Shown here piece after piece: positions 39,259 to 47,200 of a stretch of 64,000 nt of DNA (position 1 is its first letter; each line of letters starts with the position of its first letter). The notes below the pieces were generated by a model. It was given only the letters and a program-made list of their open reading frames with translations, ran no database searches and had not been told where the DNA came from. The stretch is taken from assembly GCA_964622685.1 (NCBI GenBank), contig CAZUUU010000002.1, positions 1,034 through 65,033 on the forward strand. The letters run 5' to 3'. This DNA comes from an uncultured Methylibium sp. (GTDB lineage: Bacteria; Pseudomonadota; Gammaproteobacteria; Burkholderiales; Burkholderiaceae_C). Both the position numbers and the translations under genes were made by a program.

Positions 39259-40323
39259 TCAGACCGGCGCGAAGCGCCAGCGCAGCCGCAGCTCGTTCTG
39301 GCCGCCGCTCACCGGCACGCGGACCTTGTCCTCACCGGCCGCACGGAGGTTCTGCAAGCGCTGCTGCAGCCAGTCGGTCGCCTCGCGCCATTGCAGGCTG
39401 ACCGGCCCGTCGTGGCGTTGCGGCGCGCGGCCCTTCTCGCTGCGCACGCTCAGGCCCGGCACTTCGGGCGCCACCATCGCGGTGTGCGCCCAGAGACGGC
39501 CGTTGCGCGTGTCGAGCACGGCCTGCACCAGCGGGCATCTCATCTCGTCGCGCTGGCGCGCGTCGGCCTGCACGGTCTCGGTGAAGGGCACGCTGCCCTG
39601 CACGTCCTGGAACGAACCCTCGGTGCGCCCATCGATCTTGATGGCGATGTCGAGCTGGCAGGCGGTGCGGCCGATGAAGTGCAGGTAGGGCGTCTCGACC
39701 TCCTCGTCGCGATCGCTGTCGTCGGGCGCCCCGCCGCCGGCCTGGCGCCGCGCATTGGCGATGCAGGCCTCGCGCGCGGTGCCGGCCGGCTGGCTGCGCT
39801 CGCAGCCCTGCACCGCGCTGCCATAGGCCTGCAGCCGGCCCTGCATGGCACGATCGCCGCCGGCGGTCTGCGCCGCACTCAGGGCCATGGCCTCGCGCAT
39901 CAGGCAGTCGCGGTCGTTGCCGCAGCGCGCCTGGATCTGCTGCGCCCGCGCCTGCAGGGCCTGCATGTCCGGCGCTGCGCGCACGCCGGCGCGGTCCAGG
40001 CCCGCCTGGACGCGCTGCTGCGCGCGCTGGGCCCGCTCGAGCTGGCGCTGCCCGTCCTGCGGATCGAGCGGGTTGTTCGGCATCGGCGTGCCGTCGGTGT
40101 GCAGCACGACGCTCAAGGTGAACTGCTGCGCCAGGCGCTCGCGGCCGCGGTCGGCGCCGTGCTGCAGGGCGCCCTCGCGCAGGCCGTCGATCGTGAGCGT
40201 GAGCCGGCGCGCGGCGGGAGACGCCGCGTCGGCCGGCGCGCCGGCCGCGCCGAGGGCGGCCGCGAACAGCGTGGCGATCAGGGCGGGGCGCAGGCGGCCT
40301 GCGTGGGTCGGGAAAGTCGACAT
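39259..40323 (-). CDS. Secreted hypothetical protein with paired Cys and a Gln-rich helical middle
   Basis: Signal peptide (LIATLFAAALGAAGAPADA); CGNDRDC; ends LRWRFAPV. Confidence 0.65.
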   Translation of the reverse strand: MSTFPTHAGRLRPALIATLFAAALGAAGAPADAASPAARRLTLTIDGLREGALQHGADRGRERLAQQFTLSVVLHTDGTPMPNNPLDPQDGQRQLERAQRAQQRVQAGLDRAGVRAAPDMQALQARAQQIQARCGNDRDCLMREAMALSAAQTAGGDRAMQGRLQAYGSAVQGCERSQPAGTAREACIANARRQAGGGAPDDSDRDEEVETPYLHFIGRTACQLDIAIKIDGRTEGSFQDVQGSVPFTETVQADARQRDEMRCPLVQAVLDTRNGRLWAHTAMVAPEVPGLSVRSEKGRAPQRHDGPVSLQWREATDWLQQRLQNLRAAGEDKVRVPVSGGQNELRLRWRFAPV

Positions 40324-40461
40324 GAGCACTGGGGTCGGGTTGGGAGGGAGCGCATCGTGCCGGATCGGGTGCGCCGGGTCATGACCCGGAAGAGCCATCG
40401 CGACGAACGCCAGGCTCCACCGGGCCACCGGACCGCCGATACTGGCGTCGGAGGACGCGAC

Positions 40462-41460
40462 ATGAACGGTCAGCAGCGCACCGTCCCGATGGCCCTGCGC
40501 AGACTCGTCCGCTCGCCCGGTGCGGCCTGCACGCTCGGGCTGGTGCTGGTCGGCCTGATGGCGAGCAGCGGCGCAGCGCGAGCCGAGTCGATCGAGTTCT
40601 GCGGCGGCCTCTACCGCTACATCGACCTCGAGTTCATGCGGCCGCGGGCCTCCCAGGGTTGCCTGGGTGTGCGCTGGCCTCGGGCCGACGAGGCCCTGGG
40701 CTGGACGTGGTCGGAGACGCCGCCTGACGCCAACGTCGAATGGATCGTCGAGCACGCGACCATCTGCCAGGGGCTCGGCCCGTCGACCGATCGGGTCGTC
40801 TCGCGCGGCCGCAAGGTACCGCGCTACCGCGTCACCGGCAAGCCGTACGAGTTCGGCAACTATGTGACCGACGTCGGCACCGCGCGAACGGAGGCTTGTC
40901 AGTCGGTCGAGTACACGCCGCCGCCGACGGCCCGGCGGCCGAGCGCGGAGGCCATCGACCAGCACGCGCCTCTGGTCTTCGGGCCGGTGCGGGAAGGTCC
41001 GGTCGAGATGGTGCCGCGCGGCGCGATCGTCAAGGTGGCGCGCAAGAACATGCATCTCTACGGCGTGGTCGAGGAGCCGCGGCAGCGCGAGGCGGTCCGG
41101 CAGCTGCTCGCGAACCGCCATGCACGCTGCCAGGAAGTGGACCTGGGCGGCTACCAATGCCTGATGGACGGCGAAGACCTGTCGCTGCTGCTGGCCTCGC
41201 GCGGCCTGGTCCGACCCCACAGCTCCGCCACCTTGCGCATCCGACGAGCGGCCGAGAGCGCCAGCGCCGCGCCGCCGGCCACCCCGCCCGTGGTGGCCCG
41301 ACCCGGCACGCCTGCGACCGCACTGCAGCGACGCTGCCGCCAGCTGGCCGACACCGTCGAGCGCGACCGTCGTCTGGCCCAGCGCCATGCACGCTACGAG
41401 CAGCGTGTCGCCGATGCCGAAGCAGCCTACCGCGAGACCTGCGGTCGTGAAGCGCCATGA
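40462..41460 (+). CDS. Secreted protein with a degenerate thermonuclease (SNase-like) domain
   Basis: GGAGG RBS; signal peptide ending AARA-E; MHLYGV...C...YQCLMDGEDLSLLLASRGLVR resembles the SNase pattern RLYGIDAPE...C..DG.DL...LV..G.A. Confidence 0.55.
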   Translation: MNGQQRTVPMALRRLVRSPGAACTLGLVLVGLMASSGAARAESIEFCGGLYRYIDLEFMRPRASQGCLGVRWPRADEALGWTWSETPPDANVEWIVEHATICQGLGPSTDRVVSRGRKVPRYRVTGKPYEFGNYVTDVGTARTEACQSVEYTPPPTARRPSAEAIDQHAPLVFGPVREGPVEMVPRGAIVKVARKNMHLYGVVEEPRQREAVRQLLANRHARCQEVDLGGYQCLMDGEDLSLLLASRGLVRPHSSATLRIRRAAESASAAPPATPPVVARPGTPATALQRRCRQLADTVERDRRLAQRHARYEQRVADAEAAYRETCGREAP

Positions 41461-41957
41461 CGCCGCGCCGCGCCTGCACCGTGCTGCTGGCCCTCGTCGG
41501 GGTGCTGCTCCAAGGCGCCGCCTTGCCAAGCGCGCGGGCCGCGGGTCTGGGTCATGTCCCGACCCAGGAACACGATGCGCGGGCTTGCGTCCGCTTCCTT
41601 CGCGGCCCCGCCTACGCTGGCACGCAACTCAAGAACGCCTGCAACACCTTCATCCACGTGCAGTATTGCTACGAACCCAACCGGAACCATCGTTGCGACC
41701 GCAACGGCGGCATCTGGGACAGCCGCGAGCTGGGCCCGCAGGCCGTGGTCCAGGTGGCCTATGTCGACAGCATCCCGTACTACGGCTTTGCCTGTCATCT
41801 GCCCCACCGGGCTCGGCTCGCACGGGGTCCGCGCGGGGCGATGACCGCCCTGCACTGCGAGGAGGCTTCGCCTCGACCGCGCAGGCCGCCCCGGGCGTCG
41901 CCGACGCGCGCCTCGCGCCAGACCCCACCCTCCTGTTCTGACCAAATAGATTCGTAA
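41457..41957 (+). CDS. Secreted Cys-rich hypothetical protein; its stop codon lies inside the transposon end
   Basis: ATGA overlap with the upstream gene; signal peptide; LKNACNTFIHVQYCY; the last 8 codons come from 41934 onward. Confidence 0.6.
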   Translation: MTPRRACTVLLALVGVLLQGAALPSARAAGLGHVPTQEHDARACVRFLRGPAYAGTQLKNACNTFIHVQYCYEPNRNHRCDRNGGIWDSRELGPQAVVQVAYVDSIPYYGFACHLPHRARLARGPRGAMTALHCEEASPRPRRPPRASPTRASRQTPPSCSDQIDS

Positions 41958-42082
41958 ACAGCACCCCGCGAAAAGCCTAGCGATCCGGCGTGGCGATTTG
42001 GCCACATGACTCCGCGAAGTCGAAAACACCAGGGGTCTGCCAAGCCCACGAGGCACCGTGCTCACCAAATGGAGTCGTAAAC
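41934..42082 (+). repeat. Tn7-left-end-like terminus with three candidate TnsB-binding sites
   Basis: TGTTCTG, then ACCAAATAGATTCGTAAAC (41941-41959), ACTCCGCGAAGTCGAAAAC (42009-42027, degenerate) and ACCAAATGGAGTCGTAAAC (42064-42082; 17/19 identical to the first). Confidence 0.75.
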
Positions 42083-42487
42083 GCCTTGCATGGGGCTCCC
42101 TGCAGCCCATAGCTGCCCCGCCTCCAATCGAAAGAAAAATCCGTCGCGCGCTTCAGATGAGTCCTGTGAGGCGGCTCTGCAGCAAGACTGTGTGAGACCA
42201 GCTCGCTGCCCCGTTGGAAGCCGTTCCAGGCGGCATGCGCGCGCTGCGCGTCACATTGAACCAGGCAGGCCCACAGTGTGCGCACGCGCGACTCATTAAC
42301 TCAAGTCACTTCATTTGGTGCAGTAGCCGCTCTGGATGACCTTCAAGCCGCGATTGCGTTGTTCCGCCTTCCATACAATGCAAACTAGTTCTGGTGATCA
42401 ACCGAAAGAGGATATCCAAAAGTGGCGCAGCGATCTCTTCTGAATGCCTTCGCGGACGCCTTCAATAGACTGAGAGGTGCTTTGGAC

Positions 42488-43132
42488 ATGTTCCCCTCCG
42501 CAGTGCGGGTCAGGGTTGGCGTCTCGTTGGTCTTGCTGTGTCTCCCCCTCGCAGCGCAGGCTCAAGATGCGCCCACTTTCGATGAGAAAACGGCCAACCG
42601 ATGGGCACTGACAGCCCTGGGTATCAAACACGACAAGGGGGCATCTGCCGCCAGCCTTGGAACGCTTCTAGCGTCCACCACACAGAAGGCGATCAAACCC
42701 CCGAAGGGCGTTCCGCTCACTGAGCTGGAGGGTGCGTTCAACGCATTGCAGCCTTGCAGGGTCACTCACTCGCACAACGACCTGTCCATCACGGCTGCCG
42801 AGCACTACTTGTACATGCGCATGCGGTCCGCAGACACAGGTGACAAACGGTATCGCGAGTTGCCGGCGAGGTACTTGGCCAAGAAGAAGGAGAAGATCGC
42901 GGATGGAACTGTAAAGGAGCTGCAGACAACTCCGCAGCCTGTTTCGCCTCCAAGTGAAGACGTGCGGCGTTGGGGTGAACTTGGCGCCGACCATGGCAGC
43001 TTGGACTACAGCCGCCTTACCGGCAACGCGGCATCGGACGGCGTTTCGGCGTATCTCGAAGGCGCTTTGTTCGTGCTGTTCTCCAAGTATCGGGTGCCGG
43101 AGACCCGCCCCTGCGATCTCCAGTTGAAATGA
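42488..43132 (+). CDS. Secreted hypothetical protein (cargo)
   Basis: GAGG RBS; signal peptide ending AAQA-Q; AAEHYLYMR motif; PPSEDVRRWGELGADHG. Confidence 0.65.
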   Translation: MFPSAVRVRVGVSLVLLCLPLAAQAQDAPTFDEKTANRWALTALGIKHDKGASAASLGTLLASTTQKAIKPPKGVPLTELEGAFNALQPCRVTHSHNDLSITAAEHYLYMRMRSADTGDKRYRELPARYLAKKKEKIADGTVKELQTTPQPVSPPSEDVRRWGELGADHGSLDYSRLTGNAASDGVSAYLEGALFVLFSKYRVPETRPCDLQLK

Positions 43133-43551
43133 GCGGCTCTAGGTGGATCCGTTTGCCGGTTGCACGTGATGCAGAGCCGGTCGCGGGGGTCTGAACACAA
43201 GGCGGTCTCAGATCTGAAGCGCAACACCCCTGGACCGTTGAGGTGCCTCGAACGGAGCTCAAAACATTGAGGAAGTGATGGGCGCACGGCGACCATCGCA
43301 AGCCGGTTCGCGCCTCTCGTCAAGTTGGGCCTCGGCCCCTTCACGTAACTCCAGCACCCGAGCGCCCACAATCTAATTTCTAACGACACCGCACAGCTCC
43401 GCTTGATCTTGAGTCGACAACAAGATCTAGGTCGCAAGGTTCTTATCGTGAATTCGGCCAAACGGCGTCCCACGGCGCGGCCTCGCCCACAGCGAGGCCA
43501 GAAGACCAACGGGCTCGCCGGTGCGGCAGCGCAGGTCCAACGGCAGGTCGC

Positions 43552-44253
43552 CTAGGTCTTCTCGACTGTCCAGAGCCGTACCTTGCCGCCGAACTGCTTG
43601 AACGTGATTTCTTGAACTGACTTCCAGGACAGTTCTGCCGTGTAGGGTCCCGGATCGTCAGGTAGCCCCTCTGTACAAGAATTCCTCGTCAAGTCTTTCA
43701 CTTTGACGGCGCTGTTCAGGATCAGTAGTTTTTCGTTGGAATTGGGCGGGCCATCCTTGCCTAGGATGGTGAAGATGTGCCCGTCGCCATAGGAGTCTGT
43801 GCCGATTCGCGTGGCAGAGGCCAGCACCACATCCTTCACGGCTACGCCGAGGAGGAAAGCAGGTGGTACCACTGCGCCCGTGCTTACCCCCGAACGTTTT
43901 CCAGCTTCGGAACCGACTTCAGCCTCTGAAATGTCCTTGAAGACCAGTTTGTATCGCCCGCCGGTGTAAGCCTCGAAGCCTTTCTGCACGTGCGCATGAT
44001 TGACGCTGGCTCCTCCAGAAGCCTTCTTGATCTCCGCGCGGATTGCAAGTTCGACGCCTCGCAACTCGGCGGCGGTTCCAACCTTGAATCCGGGATCCTT
44101 CTTGAAGGCTAGGGCAAGGCCAAGCGCGTATGACTGACAGGTGCTGCTGAGCGCCTGTCCAGTCGGCTTGACCGCAAAGCCGGGGTCTGCAAATGCTGAC
44201 CCCGCCGCCTGCATGAGCAGCATTGCGAGACAGGCGGACGATTTTTTGATCAT
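43552..44253 (-). CDS. Secreted papain-like (C39/C1-like) cysteine peptidase candidate, paralog 2
   Basis: Signal peptide ending AFA-D; Q-ALSST-C-QSYAL helix, GHIFTILG, LLILNS give a Cys-His-Asn triad in papain order; ATGA overlap with the upstream giant gene. Confidence 0.65.
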   Translation of the reverse strand: MIKKSSACLAMLLMQAAGSAFADPGFAVKPTGQALSSTCQSYALGLALAFKKDPGFKVGTAAELRGVELAIRAEIKKASGGASVNHAHVQKGFEAYTGGRYKLVFKDISEAEVGSEAGKRSGVSTGAVVPPAFLLGVAVKDVVLASATRIGTDSYGDGHIFTILGKDGPPNSNEKLLILNSAVKVKDLTRNSCTEGLPDDPGPYTAELSWKSVQEITFKQFGGKVRLWTVEKT

Positions 44254-47200
44254 GTGCGTTCTCCTTCCTTGCGCCTAAGTGGTACATGGGCCATGAAGCG
44301 GGCCCCGCTCTCAGCCAGTTCGCGGTCCTCGCGAGCCTTGGTCAGATTGGTCTCCTCATTTCCGTCCGCGCTGCGGTACGTGGTGTGGCGTCTGCGCTCC
44401 ACTTCCTCAACGAACACCGCAAACTTGCCCGCGCCGGAGGCATCAGGATCCTCAGCGAGAAGAAACGTGTGCGTCCAGGAGAGCCCCTCGTTCGTGCGGC
44501 GTGGCTGCGGAATCCCGCCCTCGTCATGGTCGAGCCCGCTGTCCCACTCCAGTGGCTGGCCGCCGGAGTCGAGTGCAACGCATTCTCCCTCCAAGTCGAG
44601 GCCAACCGCTTTGTCCTTTTGCATGACGCGCATGCGCACGACTGGACGATGCCGCTGAAGCACGTGCGGCCCTTCCTCGTGCGGCAGACTGATCGCCTGA
44701 TCATTGCCGGCGCGCAGCGATCCTCGTCCGCGCACTTCCACGGTTACCGGGTAGCCGTCGCCCGTTCGCTTGCCGAAGACGACGCTCACCGTTCGACGCG
44801 GCATCGGTTGCACCCACTCAACCACTGGCTCCGATACTTGCAAGTCCGGATGCGCATTGGGCTGATAGCGAACAAGTCCCAGTCGAACGAACGGATCCGG
44901 CAAATCCAGTGGATCTATGTCCAGGTCCACGTACCACTGCTCTTCGCGCCAATCGAACTTGGGCACGTAGGCAAGCAATGAAACCTTGAGGAATCTCTCA
45001 TGTCGCTCGGGAGAGCCCCCCTTCACTGGCTGGAGGGGGTCGCCCCCCTGCCGAAACTCGTCTCCGCCGGGTATCGGCAGGTTCACCCCCGAGATCCACT
45101 CAGCACGAGCAGGCTCGCCTGAGGGAGAAGGATCAAGGTCACGGAACGCCTCACGCGGCATGAACCATCCTTGCGGAACCGGCCCCTTCCGGATCGGGTC
45201 GGCACCCCAGCGGGTGACGTATGAGCCGCCTCTGCCGAGCGCAGCGTCGTCAAAACTGGAGTCCCAAACACGATCAGGACCACTCTCGCCCGGTGCTACG
45301 TTTCCGGCCAGAAGCGCGCTGTGCCGCGACTTAAGGTCGTGCGGCCACACCACCAGGCCGAGGCGCTCACCTTCTCCGCTGGAGAACCAAGGCCGCTGCA
45401 GGCGCAATCTGATCCGACAGCGCCGCTCAACCTGAACTGCTCTCGAATCGGACCTCGACCACACAAAGGTCGGTACCAGCGTTCTTGGATCGATTCGATC
45501 TGGACGCTTCATCGACGGAATCCAGATGCCGATCGTGTTCTTCTCGTCAGTGATGCTTGTATGCCGCGCTTTGCGGCCGCGCGCCTCACCCATCATCTCT
45601 CCGAAGCGGGAGTACGCCGTCATGCTCAGCGTAACGTGCCTCGCTTTGGTGTCAGCAAACACATGCCGCGACGTAGGTCGCCGAAGGGACGTCTGCTCGG
45701 GGGGACCGAAGTTTGATGAACCAAGTGCCACTGCGGTCGTGGAAAACAGCACGTCCAGCGGCTCTCGGCCTTCTACCCGCTCTGACGCTGTCGAAGGCTC
45801 TTCAAGATCGTCGAGGCGCAGCATGCATACGCGGGTACGCGGCAACGTGACGTTTCCTTCGATGTCCACCTTGAAGCCCCAGGTCTGCTCGGGATGACTC
45901 GGAAAGACGCCTCTGGCCCGCTCGGCCTCGGTCATGCGGCGAGCTGGGTCGTCAAAGCGACCGTGCGCCGGGAAGGGCATCTCGCCTTCAATCTCGATAC
46001 CCCCGGTGGTATTTAGTTCTACAAGCACGGATCCACCAATCAGGACGTCAGTGGCGGCATCGGCAAGATCGGGATCGCTTTCTCCGGGAGGATGATCGCT
46101 GCCACTTGGCTTCCATTTGCCGGGCCACGGAGTCTTCCAACTCGAGACGGGGTTCTTGGCTAGCCAGCGCAGGCGCGTAGTTTCATCGCGGAAGTTGGTC
46201 CGTAGGACCTTGATGCCCTCCTGGCCTTCCGAATCTGCGAAACGCGGTGCCACGACCGGACGCGACACGGCATGCACTACGCGCAGCACACTCCAGCTCG
46301 CTACCTCCGGGACCGGCCGTTTGACCATCTCGCGGTGCAATGCAATGCTCATCCGGCGGACTTGCTCCGCCTCCGGCAGGGGAAGACCACCGCTGCCGCA
46401 AAGCGGGCCGCTGGTTGCTGTGACCCCGCCAGTCGCTGGCCCTACCTGCAGCTTCGGCAGGCTGCCACCGCACAGGACCTTGAAGCCCCGCGCCATCGGC
46501 TGGGCGGACTCGCCCCCGCCATCAAGCGTGCACCCCAGGCTGTCGCAAACCAGCGCGGCTGATTCAACAATGTCAAACCAGCGATACAAGGTCGCCGCAT
46601 CAGAGACAAACCAGCTGACCAGATCGAAGTCTTCGCCAGGCGCCAGCAGTATTCGTACGCGAACGGCGGGCACTTCGGCAGATGCGGGACCCCACCCGGC
46701 TAGGGATGCAGTTCGGAACCGACCCTGCGCGTCTAGCACGCCGACATCCCTAAGTCGGTCGTGCTGTAGGATCGCCTGCGTGGCACCGCTGGCTCGGCCG
46801 CTCGCCTCTACCTCCACCAATACAACCGCCGGATTCGGATACGCAAGCGCGCCGCCAGCGTATAGATCAACTTTGATGGGCTGGCCGTGTAGCCAAGAGC
46901 AATTGCCCCTGCGATGACGCAAGGCCAAGACCATCCCGCGTACGGCCGGATCCGGGTAGTAGGGCAACCGCTCGCGCCGCCCTGAAAAAACACCCCCCCG
47001 CGGCTTGAACACCGCATCGGTTCGGACTGCCTCTTCCGGATCGTTCGTCGTTCGGTACTTCGAATCGAGCATAGGGAAGCCACCGCCAGGCTCACACTCA
47101 AACTCGACACCGCGCAGGCCGTCTGGCGGATGTAGCTCCGAGCATGAGTCAAACACCCCGTGCCACGACGCGAACGCCTCTGGCACGACAGGGGCCACCA

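Noticed and set aside
43133-43551. ORF 43006-43509 and palindrome GATCTTG-N9-CAAGATC near 43405-43427
   Set aside because: The ORF overlaps a better-supported gene and has no motif; the palindrome is single, short and of no assignable function.
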